64,000 nucleotides of DNA from an uncultured virus (IMG/VR IMGVR_UViG_3300008255_004085) (IMGVR_UViG_3300008255_004085); one strand, 5' to 3'. Positions 39,325 through 50,263 are shown, counted from the first letter of the stretch. Notes: a model not told the origin generated them from the sequence alone. Numbers and translations are program-made.

Positions 39325-40590
39325 ATGGCAATAATTCCTTCTAGTTTTGGTACTGCTTTTAAAATAATTCAATGGGGTAAATCCGATTATATAAATCCTA
39401 ATTTTGCAATTATATGTCAAAGCTCCACAGAAAAAGAGAGTATGGATTTGTCTCATGTTAGATTAACAAGTGGTTCTGCTATGCCATTTTTAAAAGAAAT
39501 TGATAGCCGTGAAATGAGTTATTCTTTATCTGGGCCTTGTTTGGTTAATGGAACAACTAGAGGAGAGTTTCCAAATGAAGAAACAAGTCAATTTTTAAAT
39601 GATATTGAGTATGGAGACCCGAATGGAGAATTAGATCCTATTCTTTTATCTCCATATTCAAATTCATCTGGATATATAACAAAAGATCAAGTTAAAATGT
39701 TAGATGTCCCAGGGTTGTCAATTATTCTTTTACTTGAGAATTTATCAAATTCTTTAGATACTTCTAAAAATCCAGATTTAACAAATGGTAAAAGTGTTTT
39801 ATATTGGTTGTCAGATTCTGATGAAACACCAGTTTTAGATAGCATTAATCTAAATCTTTCAACAGATGGATTATCTTCTACAATTAATTTTAAAGGTGGA
39901 ATTTATGACATTCCACATCAAACACAAATTTTTGATTTTGCACATCCAATGCGAGAAAGTAATTGGTATGATTTTGCATCTGGGATTTCAATAGATGAAA
40001 TAATTATAGGGAATGATTCGGTTTATGATATTCCAGCTTTTATAACAGATGCAAGTATTTCAGTTAATTATGAATATCTAGATATTGATTACATCGGAAA
40101 AACACAATCAAAAAGCTATATTCCAAATGGTGGGGTTTTTAATTTTGAAATAACGATTCTATTCGATTTTGATAAACTTCATACTTATGTTGATCGTCAA
40201 GATGGATTTGATGCAGTTAATTCTGTTCTATATTCAGAAGAAGCTATTAAAACTTTTCCATATAGAAGTTCAAAGCCAAAATTCTCTCTTTCAAATTTTA
40301 AATTTATAGTTGGATCAATAGAAGATCATATATCTAGTTTATCTTCTGCTTTAATCGATCAGGTTTCTAATGCAGAGTCTAGCAATAATTTTGGTGCAAA
40401 ACTCGCAAGGGTTTTTAATACATTTTTATCTGATAATATTTCTAATGATTTTGTGATAAATAATTTTGGTCAACCAACTTTAAATAATGATTTAAATAAT
40501 CAATCTTCAAGAATTATAACAGATGTTTCTATTGATAGAAAAATGACATTTTCGACAATAACAATTTCTGGACAAAAACTTTTTAATTAA
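39325..40590 (+). CDS. Tail-tube-like protein, paralog 5
   Basis: SGPCL, LDSINLNLS and RESNWYDF. Confidence 0.55.
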   Translation: MAIIPSSFGTAFKIIQWGKSDYINPNFAIICQSSTEKESMDLSHVRLTSGSAMPFLKEIDSREMSYSLSGPCLVNGTTRGEFPNEETSQFLNDIEYGDPNGELDPILLSPYSNSSGYITKDQVKMLDVPGLSIILLLENLSNSLDTSKNPDLTNGKSVLYWLSDSDETPVLDSINLNLSTDGLSSTINFKGGIYDIPHQTQIFDFAHPMRESNWYDFASGISIDEIIIGNDSVYDIPAFITDASISVNYEYLDIDYIGKTQSKSYIPNGGVFNFEITILFDFDKLHTYVDRQDGFDAVNSVLYSEEAIKTFPYRSSKPKFSLSNFKFIVGSIEDHISSLSSALIDQVSNAESSNNFGAKLARVFNTFLSDNISNDFVINNFGQPTLNNDLNNQSSRIITDVSIDRKMTFSTITISGQKLFN

Positions 40591-40599
40591 GAGGTAACA

Positions 40600-41766
40600 A
40601 TGGATCCAAAAGTAATAAATGCTAATAGTAAACTAGTTAAAGACACCATAAGCGGAGTAATGCTTCTTTGTGATAGTTTTGATTTTTCCACAAAAATGTC
40701 TCACTCATCAAAGGATCTTTTAGTTACTGGATTAGGGGATTGGGTCGAAGACATAGATGATTTAAATAAATCAATAACAATGTCTGGACCAATTTTAATT
40801 GGTAGTTCAGAAGATCAAATAGGATATAGAAAGACTTTACCAACAAAAGATCATACTGGATTATTATCTTCAAAAATTTTTAATGATTTATATACTTGGG
40901 TGTCAGATTCCAGAATCCCTATTTTTTCTATAGAAAATATTTCAATAGATATTTCAAATAATGCCACCATAAATATTTCTTTAGCTCCACACTCTCCGTA
41001 TGTTGTACAAGAAAGTGGTGCTTTAGTTAATCTGTTCTCTATCCCAAGTTTTACTGTATATTCAACTAATGAAATATTTAGAGATTTGCAAACAGCAGAA
41101 AATTTTATTGCTGCTAGAACTTTAAAATATTATGATTTAAATCTTGATAATGGGCAAGAGGTTCCAATTGAGATTCGAAATGTATATGTTTCGAATCTCA
41201 AAATAGATTTTTCAATGGACTGGAATCCGATCAAAACAATTCCGACAGCAACAACAATTACAGATCACAATACTCTTGAACAAGTTAATTACTCTACTGT
41301 TGCTTCTTCTGATATTTATAATTATGTCATTCGCCAAGAGCCAACGAATGAATCTGAAACAACAACATCAGCTTCATCTGGTTATACCCCTTATTATGGT
41401 CCAATCATTCCTATGAATGTTTTGCAAAATGTGCATAGTTCTTGCACAATTGAAATGTATAATTTCGGTTATCTCCCTGGGAACTCTCTAGAAAAATGGA
41501 TTGCTGGGTATTGGAATGATGGGCCGCCACTACATGTAAAACTCAGAGATAATAATCTAATAAAATTAACTAGATTTTTAGATCCCGCACAAAATTCAGA
41601 TGTTTTAGGAATTTCTGATGTTGTTTCTTCTAATTGTTATTGGAGAGTTGAGGACATTGATGTAAAAGCTTCCGGTGGTGAATTAGTTAAATACACAATA
41701 ACACTCAAAGGTATTTATAAATCAGTTCCAAATATTCTTCGAAATGTTCCGGTCGCACTTGCTTAA
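40600..41766 (+). CDS. Tail-tube-like protein, paralog 6
   Basis: SGPIL, IENISIDIS and RTLKYYDL. Confidence 0.55.
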   Translation: MDPKVINANSKLVKDTISGVMLLCDSFDFSTKMSHSSKDLLVTGLGDWVEDIDDLNKSITMSGPILIGSSEDQIGYRKTLPTKDHTGLLSSKIFNDLYTWVSDSRIPIFSIENISIDISNNATINISLAPHSPYVVQESGALVNLFSIPSFTVYSTNEIFRDLQTAENFIAARTLKYYDLNLDNGQEVPIEIRNVYVSNLKIDFSMDWNPIKTIPTATTITDHNTLEQVNYSTVASSDIYNYVIRQEPTNESETTTSASSGYTPYYGPIIPMNVLQNVHSSCTIEMYNFGYLPGNSLEKWIAGYWNDGPPLHVKLRDNNLIKLTRFLDPAQNSDVLGISDVVSSNCYWRVEDIDVKASGGELVKYTITLKGIYKSVPNILRNVPVALA

Positions 41767-42236
41767 TCACCCCCATTGATATATTCATCCATAAAATTCA
41801 ATGGCATTTCTGTAATTATAGAATAAATTAAAGCATCACTTGCTGGAATTGTCATAGAATCTATATGATTATCAATTTGATAAGTTAAAGCAGCAATTGG
41901 ACAACCATATTTTTCACCCATAACCGTGATGTCTATCACATCTCCACCATAATTACAGATCATAGAAAGGACTTGTTCATATGGTGTTGAATAAAAATTA
42001 TCTTCATCTGAAAGAACATCATTAAAATAGAAGAAATGTGTAATTTGAGAAGGTGTCAAAGGAAGTGAAATAATTCTACTTTTAGTATCTGTTAAAAAGA
42101 CATGAAACATTTGGTCTTTATCAACTTGTATTTCTTTAACAAAAAATTGACTTGCTAATAATCCATTGATTGGTTTGATTAAAGATTTTTTTGTTTTTTC
42201 TGGAGCAACGCTTTGGGTGCTTTTACTGCTTTTCAT
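41763..42236 (-). CDS. DUF151/bifunctional nuclease-like protein
   Basis: PASDALIYS...MPL resembles RPSDAIALA...PI; the preceding strands fit the same layout. Confidence 0.55.
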   Translation of the reverse strand: MKSSKSTQSVAPEKTKKSLIKPINGLLASQFFVKEIQVDKDQMFHVFLTDTKSRIISLPLTPSQITHFFYFNDVLSDEDNFYSTPYEQVLSMICNYGGDVIDITVMGEKYGCPIAALTYQIDNHIDSMTIPASDALIYSIITEMPLNFMDEYINGGD

Positions 42237-42589
42237 TTTTTCTCCAATAAACTTCCACTTATTTTAAGTTTTCTAGATTTACTAAATGGTTTGATTATTT
42301 TATAAGATTCAAATTCTATTCCATTAGTTGAATTGTACAATTGGGATTTAAAATAATCTTTAAAATCTGAAGCTCTTATCCCATCTGATAATTTTAGAAT
42401 AACCATCCAACTAAAATGATCATTTTCTAATTTTATATGAAAATTTTCACATTGACCAAATTGAAATAAAAGGGTTGAAATAAAACTAAAAGTATTTTTT
42501 ATTTTATCACAAAGATTTATGTTTTCAGAAGAATCGTCTGAAGAAAGACGAATGTTGTTTAAACCAAAAAGATCAAAATATTCACTCAT
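42233..42589 (-). CDS. hypothetical protein
   Basis: 118-aa ORF with AGGAG RBS. Confidence 0.65.
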   Translation of the reverse strand: MSEYFDLFGLNNIRLSSDDSSENINLCDKIKNTFSFISTLLFQFGQCENFHIKLENDHFSWMVILKLSDGIRASDFKDYFKSQLYNSTNGIEFESYKIIKPFSKSRKLKISGSLLEKK

Positions 42590-42610
42590 GGGTTTTTCTC
42601 CTAATATTTT

Positions 42611-42635
42611 ATTCTTCTATTTTTTTAAAAATCCT
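42611..42635 (-). promoter_or_regulatory. sigmaH-like promoter AGGA-N17-GAAT
   Basis: AAGGATTTTTAAAAAAATAGAAGAATA upstream of 42589. Confidence 0.45.
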
Positions 42636-44421
42636 TTTCATTTGTTTCATTGTTTTTATCATCGCAATTTTCATAGATTTTCTGTCCAGCTTGCATCATT
42701 GTCTTTCTTAAATATTCTATTGATTGATTTAAAATATCTGTATTTTCAGAATCTAAATTCTGCTTAACAGTTTGTATTGCATCTTCTATTTTTTTATTAA
42801 AAGGTTCTTCTTCATCAAACAAGTTTTCTAATTGTTCTTTGTTGTTTTTTAGCATTGATTCCGCTGAATATATTTCTTGTTCAGCTAAATTATTTAATTC
42901 AATTCTTGCTTTTTTCTTTGCGTCTTTTTCTTTTTCTTTTTCTGCGCTCTCTAAAATTTTAGAGATTTCTTCAGAAGATAAATTAGATCCGCCTTCTATT
43001 CTTATTTTTTGTTCTTTATTTGTTGCTTTATCTTTTGCTTGAACACTCAAAATTCCATCTGCGTCAATATCAAAAGTAACTTCAATTTGTGGAATACCTC
43101 TTGGCGCTGGTGGGATATCTGTGAGTTTAAACCGCCCCAAGCTTTTATTGTCCACAACAAAAGATCGTTCTCCTTGAACAACATGGATATCAACCATTGT
43201 CTGCCCATCTTCTGCTGTAGAAAAGACTTCTGATCTTGAGACCGGAATAGTTGTGTTTCTTTCTATCATCCTAGTTGAAACACCACCTTTGGTTTCGATA
43301 CATAATGACAAAGGAGTAACATCAAGCAAAACAATATCTTTAACATCACCTGTTAAAACAGATCCCATGATAGCAGCACCCATGGAAACAACCTCGTCTG
43401 GATTAACACCTTTCTTTGGTTCTTTCCCAAGCCATGATTTAACTTTATCATAAACCATAGGGATTCTTGTTGATCCTCCGACAAAAATAACTTCATCTAT
43501 ATCTTTCGGTTTTAATCCAGCATCTTTTAGAGCATTATCAACTGAAACTTTTGTTTTGTCAATAGTTTTTTCAATTAGAGACTCAAATTTTGCTCTTGTT
43601 ATAGAATGTTGGAAACTAAATGGTCCATTATCACCTGGAGCAAGATACGGTTCAATTATCTCTGCTACCTTTGAACTAGAAAGATCAATTTTTGCTTTTT
43701 CAGCCGCAATTGAGATTCTTGCGATTATTGCAGGATCTTTTTTAGAATATTCCTGCACATCGTCTGGAAGAAGATCAAATAGATATTCAAAAACTATTTG
43801 ATCAAAATCATCTCCACCTAGCTTTGTGTCTCCACTTGTTGATTTAACTTCGAACAACCCATCTCCAAATTCTAGGATTGTCACATCAAAAGTTCCACCG
43901 CCCAAGTCATAGACAAGAATAGTTTCCCCATCCTTTTTACCAAGCCCATAAGCTAAAGAAGCCGCTGTTGGTTCATTTATAATTCTCAAGACCTCCAAGC
44001 CAGCAATTTCACCTGCTGTTTTTGTAGCTTCTCGTTGATCATTGTCAAAATAAGCAGGGACTGTAATTACAGCTTTTGTGACTTCTTCACCTAGATAAGT
44101 CTCTGCATCTTCTTTTAATTTTTGAAGAATTTTTGAAGATATTTCTTCTGGTGATAAATCAAATTCGCCGATTTTAATTTTAGTTCTTTGACCCATAGAT
44201 CTTTTAATTGACGAAATTGTGTTATCTATGTCAATTATTCTTTTTCTTTTTGCTTTTTCTCCAATAATAAAAGAGCCATCAGATTTATCACAATTAACTA
44301 TTGATGGTGTTGTTCTAGAACCAATGTCATTTGCAATAACAACTGGTTGGTTGTCTTCCATAATAGAAACAACACTATTACTTGTCCCTAAATCGATTCC
44401 TATAGCTTTTATACTAATCAT
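42625..44421 (-). CDS. dnaK: Hsp70 chaperone DnaK
   Basis: [31 protein letters not shown] and NPDE; lacks the proteobacterial ~24-aa insert. Confidence 0.97.
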   Translation of the reverse strand: MISIKAIGIDLGTSNSVVSIMEDNQPVVIANDIGSRTTPSIVNCDKSDGSFIIGEKAKRKRIIDIDNTISSIKRSMGQRTKIKIGEFDLSPEEISSKILQKLKEDAETYLGEEVTKAVITVPAYFDNDQREATKTAGEIAGLEVLRIINEPTAASLAYGLGKKDGETILVYDLGGGTFDVTILEFGDGLFEVKSTSGDTKLGGDDFDQIVFEYLFDLLPDDVQEYSKKDPAIIARISIAAEKAKIDLSSSKVAEIIEPYLAPGDNGPFSFQHSITRAKFESLIEKTIDKTKVSVDNALKDAGLKPKDIDEVIFVGGSTRIPMVYDKVKSWLGKEPKKGVNPDEVVSMGAAIMGSVLTGDVKDIVLLDVTPLSLCIETKGGVSTRMIERNTTIPVSRSEVFSTAEDGQTMVDIHVVQGERSFVVDNKSLGRFKLTDIPPAPRGIPQIEVTFDIDADGILSVQAKDKATNKEQKIRIEGGSNLSSEEISKILESAEKEKEKDAKKKARIELNNLAEQEIYSAESMLKNNKEQLENLFDEEEPFNKKIEDAIQTVKQNLDSENTDILNQSIEYLRKTMMQAGQKIYENCDDKNNETNEKDF

Positions 44422-44438
44422 TTTTTAACCTCATAAAT

Positions 44439-44858
44439 TTATAAGATGTCTTCATTTTCATCTTCTTCATCTATATCAAACTCCTCATAATCTTCAAGAA
44501 TTTGATCATTTTCTATAACAAGTTTTTTATATATTTCACTATAAATATCTAAATTAGATTTTATTTCTTTTAAAAACTCAGATGTGTTTTCCATCTTCTT
44601 TTCTAATTCAACGATATCCTCAAAATCTATTGGTGGAGCAGACGGAAGGACATCCATCCAAACATGAATTAAAAAAGAAGGGAGAGGAAAAGTTGTTATT
44701 TTTCTACATTTATGACATTCACATATCACATTAACAATATTACCAAATATTGGGTGGCGGCCCTTAACATCTTCTTTAAAAAATGGCTCTCTGCACTTTC
44801 TATTCTCACACTTTGAAGGAAGTTCTCCGTGAATTCTAACAAAATCACTTGACGACAT
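44439..44858 (-). CDS. Zn-ribbon protein with acidic tail
   Basis: CENRKC and CHKC. Confidence 0.65.
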   Translation of the reverse strand: MSSSDFVRIHGELPSKCENRKCREPFFKEDVKGRHPIFGNIVNVICECHKCRKITTFPLPSFLIHVWMDVLPSAPPIDFEDIVELEKKMENTSEFLKEIKSNLDIYSEIYKKLVIENDQILEDYEEFDIDEEDENEDIL

Positions 44859-44860
44859 TT

Positions 44861-45754
44861 TTAATCTCCTTTAATCATTTCCGAACATAAATTGAATATA
44901 CTTTTCAAATTATCTTCTTTTTTAATTATAGAATTGTGCTCCAACATATTTATACCTTGAATTATTTCAGAAATATCATATTTTGACATTTTTTCATTAA
45001 AAAGTTTCCCAGGTTTGTCGTTTATATAATATCCTTTTGAATTAATAACATAGCCACCACTAGGAAAAACGTCCGATGTTGTTAAACACGGAATCCCAAT
45101 CGACAAAGCTATCACAGATGAGAATGAGATACTCTTATGTTTTTTTAAATCTAAAATTATTTTAGATTTTTTAATTTCATTTTTTATCATTTCATAAGAT
45201 GCGTTTTGTGGAGTTGAGACAAAAATTTTTTCTTCTTTTGAAATCTGTTTTCTATAATATTTTATCAAATCAACAATTACTTTTTTAGAAAAATATGGGG
45301 CTAATATTTTTAATGGCTCTGAACTTTTTGAATATAACCAAGCCTCTATTGTTTCTCGAAGCATAGATTCGTCGTTAGGCCAAAAATAAGATAAAATCCC
45401 ACTTTTTTCTTGTTGGTTTTCCTCGAAAATTGGGAATATCATATTCTCTAAATAAAAATACTTATTCATTTGAAATAAACAACTTGGTTTTAGATGATGA
45501 TCTGTTGTTAAAAAGGCATAGTTTTTATAATTAGATAAATTAAAATTTCTAGCTGGCCCAAACCAAAGATTTATGCTGTTGTGTGGAACACTTGAAGAAA
45601 AAACATCTAAATAATTAGTTGGTATTGCAGGAAAAGGAAAATCACTATTTGTAAATTTAATTCCAACATTAAAAAACTTGCTTATAGCTTCTGCATATCT
45701 ATAAGCAATCAAAAAATCATCTGTTAAATTTGGGAAGGCTCTAATTATAAACAT
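44861..45754 (-). CDS. possible degenerate GT-B (GT4-like) glycosyltransferase
   Basis: SISFSSVIALSIGIPCLTT resembles EGFGLPxxEAMxxGxPVIT but lacks the Glu residues. Confidence 0.4.
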   Translation of the reverse strand: MFIIRAFPNLTDDFLIAYRYAEAISKFFNVGIKFTNSDFPFPAIPTNYLDVFSSSVPHNSINLWFGPARNFNLSNYKNYAFLTTDHHLKPSCLFQMNKYFYLENMIFPIFEENQQEKSGILSYFWPNDESMLRETIEAWLYSKSSEPLKILAPYFSKKVIVDLIKYYRKQISKEEKIFVSTPQNASYEMIKNEIKKSKIILDLKKHKSISFSSVIALSIGIPCLTTSDVFPSGGYVINSKGYYINDKPGKLFNEKMSKYDISEIIQGINMLEHNSIIKKEDNLKSIFNLCSEMIKGD

Positions 45755-46012
45755 TTAAAATTCTTCCCATAAAATAGGATCTAAAACTAAATTACTATTT
45801 GTTTTTTTAACATTGCTTGGTCTTAATTTCATTTCTTTAATTTCTTTTTTAACCTGGTCTATAGACATTGAATTGTTTATTTTGATATCTTTAGGGATCA
45901 AAAGACATGCAAGATTTTTTTCAACAATTTTAGGTTTTTCACCAGAAATTATTTCTAAAATTTCTCCATTTGTTTTATTAAACTTTATCCATCTCATTTT
46001 TTTCTCAATCAA
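45755..46012 (-). CDS. hypothetical protein
   Basis: 85-aa ORF coupled to its neighbours. Confidence 0.6.
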   Translation of the reverse strand: MIEKKMRWIKFNKTNGEILEIISGEKPKIVEKNLACLLIPKDIKINNSMSIDQVKKEIKEMKLRPSNVKKTNSNLVLDPILWEEF

Positions 46013-47771
46013 TTATTTTTGAATTCAATTCAAGGCGTTTGTATATTTTTCTTCTTGCTGTTGCTTGTGGGCGAAGATATTTATTTGTGGGCCAAGTATC
46101 TATGATGATTGCGTACTCGCTACCTTTTCTAACAAGTCTTCCAGCTTTTTGTTCAAGTCTTCCACCAAATTTTATATCTTCTTCTGAAAAATCTTCCCAA
46201 TCCACAACTACTTCTTTAAACAGTTCTTTGTCTTTTTCCCAAGTTACACAGTCTTTTGCACGAACAATTTGTTTTGGTTTAAAACCACTATGTTTTGTTG
46301 GATCGGAACCACCTGCCCCAGCTAGGATTAGAACATCAAGGGTTTTAATATCCAATCCTTGATCTGCGATACTAGTTGCGATCAAAGATAATAATTTTTT
46401 CTCTCTTAAATCTGAAACTGCTTGAATTCTCTTTTTTGTTGTATCTTTTCCACTTAAAAACAAAGATTCTGGAATTAAACTTTCTAGATATTCACCTTGA
46501 GCATACTCATTAACGAGGATTAAACAACTTAGTCCTCGTTTATTAAATCTTTCTGCAAATAAAGCTAATTTTGTATTCCATTCTTTTCCATTAACTACTA
46601 TTGTTTTATAAGCATCTTGATAACTCCATTCATCAGCAGGGATATAAATTGTTTTTTCCTCTTTTTTTACTTCTCCTGTTGCTTCATCTTTTGTTTCTAT
46701 GGTTTTTACTAATTCAGCACCTTCTGGATCGTCATAAATTCTAACCATATAAATTTCTGGATTTAAAAGATAATTAGCATCAATTAATTGTTTTAATGTG
46801 ATATCTGAAAGGAGCTTCCCGAAAGAAGCTTCAATCTCCAAATCTCTACCATCAGATCTGTAATTAGTAGCTGAGAAAGCATACCTATGATAAGCATTTG
46901 AACATTTTTGGAGAATTGTCTGCCATTTAGCAGAGGCACTCAAATGGCTTTCGTCTGCAATTATAATTGTCGCAGTTTCAATTAATTTCTGAATTTGATT
47001 GCTAAATTTTGAAACTTCTGTTTCTTTTTTTGTTTTCTTTGTCTTTTTAATTATTTTTTTCTTTGATTCATCAAATCTTAACCCATAAGCGGACAAAGCA
47101 GAATCTATAATAACAACTGTTACATCTTTTATTTTTACAACACCATCTCCGATTACACCGACTTCAATATTCTCACCATTCTCTTTAATTCTCTCTTCAA
47201 TTGCACCTTTGGTTTGATAAAGCAAATCTATAGTGGGGACAAACACAATAGCAGGAGCACAGTTTAACTTTTGGATTAAAGCAGAGAAGATTGTGGTTTT
47301 ACCAGATCCAGTGGCACAAGAACAACAACCACGACCAACACGCAAACAAATATCAAGGACTGCTTCTTGGTAATCTCGGAGGGAAAAAGGTACTTGTTCA
47401 CCTTTTTCATTATCAATAGTTTTAGATAATTCCCAAAATTTATTTTTTTCTGGTTTACTCCGATTGTCTGAAATAGAAATAAACCAACCTTTTGAATTTA
47501 ATAATCGCCCAACACGAGTAAAACAGCCAGTCGGAAAAACTTGGTTTTTATAATCAAAAAGATAAAATTTCCCACTCCATTTGTTTGATCTGAATTTAGC
47601 TGACCATCTAGCTTCTGGAACAGGATAACTCAATTCTTCAAAAATTTGTTTGGAAAGCGTGTATGGTATTTTTTTATTTGAAAACCCTTGGCCCTCAACC
47701 TCTTCTTTAAATCCTTTTATTTTTGAAAAATCATTGTTTATTTCAATAAATACTATTTTCTTTTTGTCCAT
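46005..47771 (-). CDS. SF2 helicase (UvsW/RadD-like)
   Basis: LRDYQ, ATGSGKT, DESH, SAT, GLDI and QKAGRLVR. Confidence 0.9.
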   Translation of the reverse strand: MDKKKIVFIEINNDFSKIKGFKEEVEGQGFSNKKIPYTLSKQIFEELSYPVPEARWSAKFRSNKWSGKFYLFDYKNQVFPTGCFTRVGRLLNSKGWFISISDNRSKPEKNKFWELSKTIDNEKGEQVPFSLRDYQEAVLDICLRVGRGCCSCATGSGKTTIFSALIQKLNCAPAIVFVPTIDLLYQTKGAIEERIKENGENIEVGVIGDGVVKIKDVTVVIIDSALSAYGLRFDESKKKIIKKTKKTKKETEVSKFSNQIQKLIETATIIIADESHLSASAKWQTILQKCSNAYHRYAFSATNYRSDGRDLEIEASFGKLLSDITLKQLIDANYLLNPEIYMVRIYDDPEGAELVKTIETKDEATGEVKKEEKTIYIPADEWSYQDAYKTIVVNGKEWNTKLALFAERFNKRGLSCLILVNEYAQGEYLESLIPESLFLSGKDTTKKRIQAVSDLREKKLLSLIATSIADQGLDIKTLDVLILAGAGGSDPTKHSGFKPKQIVRAKDCVTWEKDKELFKEVVVDWEDFSEEDIKFGGRLEQKAGRLVRKGSEYAIIIDTWPTNKYLRPQATARRKIYKRLELNSKIID

Positions 47772-47899
47772 AACAAAATTTTACTCCAACGTATTATACT
47801 CACAATCTGCATCAGCAATATATTATAAAAACCTCGAACATGAAATTAGTCAACTTAATAACCAATTTCATGTTCGAAGTAGAGATATTATGATCGATA

Positions 47900-48442
47900 C
47901 TATACAGAAACGGAAGACTTTGGAGAAACCAACATAGATATTTTTATCTTTTTCTTAACACGCCCACCTTCAGATGGGGCCTGATCAATATTGCATTGAT
48001 CTGTAAGAGACAAAGTTATTTTAGAAAAGATTTCAAGACCTATTTCCTTGTGGGAATATTCCCTATCAGAAAAGAACATCTCAAATTTAACTTTATTCCC
48101 TTTATTAAGGAATCTCTTTGCTTGATTGATTTTAACATCCAAATCGTGTTTCTCTATGACTGGAGATAGCCAAATAGTCTTCACCTTTGTTGTTTTGGCT
48201 ATCTTGTTAATCTCTTTTGATTTTTTCTTCTGATCAAAATAGAATTTTTCCCAATTCATAATTTTGCAAACAGGTGGATTCGCAACAGGGCTAATTTCTA
48301 CTAAATCTAAAGATAATTTCTGGGCTTCATTTAAAGCTTTGGAAACATCTACAATACCCAATTGTTCTCCATCCTCGTCGATTAAACGAACGACTTTAGA
48401 TCTAATTTGATTGTTTATTCTTGGCTGTGTGTGTTTTTCCAC
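47900..48442 (-). CDS. infC: Translation initiation factor IF-3 (GTG start)
   Basis: RINNQIR..VRLID, LDLVEISP...PPVCKIM, I..HD..K and GNKVK. Confidence 0.93.
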   Translation of the reverse strand: MEKHTQPRINNQIRSKVVRLIDEDGEQLGIVDVSKALNEAQKLSLDLVEISPVANPPVCKIMNWEKFYFDQKKKSKEINKIAKTTKVKTIWLSPVIEKHDLDVKINQAKRFLNKGNKVKFEMFFSDREYSHKEIGLEIFSKITLSLTDQCNIDQAPSEGGRVKKKIKISMLVSPKSSVSV

Positions 48443-48534
48443 TGGTTATTTTTAATATCCTTTGTTGCTCAATAGGTCAATAGGTCAATTTTGCCAACCG
48501 TCCTACAAGCGGCTTGCCTCTAGTATATACGGAT

Positions 48535-48975
48535 CTACAACTGCTCATAACTGAAACTTTGGACAGCATTTTTAGTGGCTTTATCATCTCTAATAAAAAT
48601 ACCAACAAGCATTTTAAGCAACGAAAAGACAATCTCATGCTCCTCTTCCCCAAGTTCAATGTTGCCAGCCTTTAGAGAGGCTTCTAGGACCTCAGAGGCC
48701 ACCTTTTGAGCCTCTTCTTCCGTCACTTGTCCATCCCAAATGGAAGTCAGAGATAAAAGGACAGCATCGTAAACTTTTTGATATCTATCACCAAGATATT
48801 TTTTCAAAACAACTTCTTGAGTTTTTAATATATTCGTGATTAATTCAATATTAAATCCAGTTTTTTCTTCCAATTTATCTTTGGCTTCTTTTGCTTTATT
48901 TGAATATTTTTTCATAAAAAAGACAAAAAGAAGAGACAACAGAGCAAAACAACCGACTATAATCCAAGTAGCCAT
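48535..48975 (-). CDS. N-terminally membrane-anchored protein (holin-like candidate)
   Basis: WIIVGCFALLSLLFVFF followed by KK. Confidence 0.6.
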   Translation of the reverse strand: MATWIIVGCFALLSLLFVFFMKKYSNKAKEAKDKLEEKTGFNIELITNILKTQEVVLKKYLGDRYQKVYDAVLLSLTSIWDGQVTEEEAQKVASEVLEASLKAGNIELGEEEHEIVFSLLKMLVGIFIRDDKATKNAVQSFSYEQL

Positions 48976-48993
48976 AATTTACCTCATTTCTGT

Positions 48994-49161
48994 TTAAGAT
49001 TCAGATATTCCTTTTTTGCAATAATTACATTTGCCATCATTTTTTTCAATTGTTTTTATTGAAATTACTTTTCCGCAATGTGGACAGGTTTTTATTTCAG
49101 CTTTTTCAGCATATGATAAACCACCTGAAACCTTTGAGGAAACACCTTTTTTAATCATCAT
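48994..49161 (-). CDS. 55-aa Zn-ribbon protein (below the ORF-track cutoff)
   Basis: MMIKKG...CPHCG...CNYCKK; AAGGAG RBS. Confidence 0.7.
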   Translation of the reverse strand: MMIKKGVSSKVSGGLSYAEKAEIKTCPHCGKVISIKTIEKNDGKCNYCKKGISES

Positions 49162-49231
49162 AATTAAATCTCCTTTGTAGTTACTTATATAATTTTAATA
49201 AAAATCCTCTATTTTTTGTATAACTAATGAA

Positions 49232-50263
49232 ATGAAACAAGATCAACCGATAGTGGTAATAACTGGCGCAGCAGGTTTTATAGGATCCAATTTGATTAAA
49301 GCACTAGATCAAAGTTTTAATGTTATAGCTGTAGATTTCTTCGAAAATTGCAATTGGGAAAATTTAAAAAATAGTTGTATTTATGATTTTTTACAACCCC
49401 ATGAATTATTAAAAATAAGACCAACAGTCGCAGACAAACAAATCAAAGCAATTTTTCATATGGGAGCAATAAGCTCCACAACATCAACAGACTTCAAAGA
49501 ATTAATTGAAAAAAATACTAAATATTCAATTGATTTAATTAGAAAATTTGGCGGTGGTGAAATAAAAGTAGTCTATGCTTCTTCTGCTGCTGTCTATGGG
49601 AAAGAATCGTGGAATCAAAACGAAGCAGAAATATTTTCTCCAACCAATGCCTATGGGGCAAGCAAACTTTGGGTAGATCGAATCGCAAGAGGTATTCCAA
49701 ATGTCTATGGATTAAGATATTTTAATGTTTATGGCCCAGGAGAAGATCATAAAATAGGACAATCATCTCCTGTTTTGAAATTTTTCCATGAGTTCAAAGA
49801 AAACGGAAAGATAAAACTTTTCAAAAGCTATGACAAGGCAATTGCTGATGGGGAACAAAAAAGAGATTTTATTTTTATTGATGATGTAGTCGAAGCAACC
49901 ACCTGGATCGCTGGAATGGGTTCTCTTAAATCTAACGAAAGTGTTTTTGAACTTCAACATAAGAATAGAAATATCTTTAACATTGGGACAGGGAAAGCAG
50001 AGACATTCTTGACAATTGGATTAGAATGTTTAAAAAATCTAACTGGAAACTCTGGAAAGGTTGATGAACTTTTAGAATGGGTTGAAACGCCTGAAAATAT
50101 CCAAAAGCACTACCAATCAGCGACACAAGCAAATATGACAAACTTCTTGGATTGCGGTGGAAAATCTTGGTGGAGACCACACACAACCCAAGAAGGTGTC
50201 GAAAAATATATAAACTTTTTAAATTCAAATTTAAGAGGAACATTCCATGGGACAGAAGGTTGA
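49232..50263 (+). CDS. hldD: ADP-L-glycero-D-manno-heptose 6-epimerase
   Basis: VITGAAGFIGSN, FHMGAISSTT, YASSAAVYG, YGASK, RYFNVYGP, RDFIFIDD and YQ..TQA. Confidence 0.85.
   Translation: MKQDQPIVVITGAAGFIGSNLIKALDQSFNVIAVDFFENCNWENLKNSCIYDFLQPHELLKIRPTVADKQIKAIFHMGAISSTTSTDFKELIEKNTKYSIDLIRKFGGGEIKVVYASSAAVYGKESWNQNEAEIFSPTNAYGASKLWVDRIARGIPNVYGLRYFNVYGPGEDHKIGQSSPVLKFFHEFKENGKIKLFKSYDKAIADGEQKRDFIFIDDVVEATTWIAGMGSLKSNESVFELQHKNRNIFNIGTGKAETFLTIGLECLKNLTGNSGKVDELLEWVETPENIQKHYQSATQANMTNFLDCGGKSWWRPHTTQEGVEKYINFLNSNLRGTFHGTEG

Noticed and set aside
42519..44428. Several plus-strand ORFs opposite dnaK (and similarly opposite gyrB, dnaJ and the proteases)
   Set aside because: Antisense shadows of conserved genes, without RBS or motifs.
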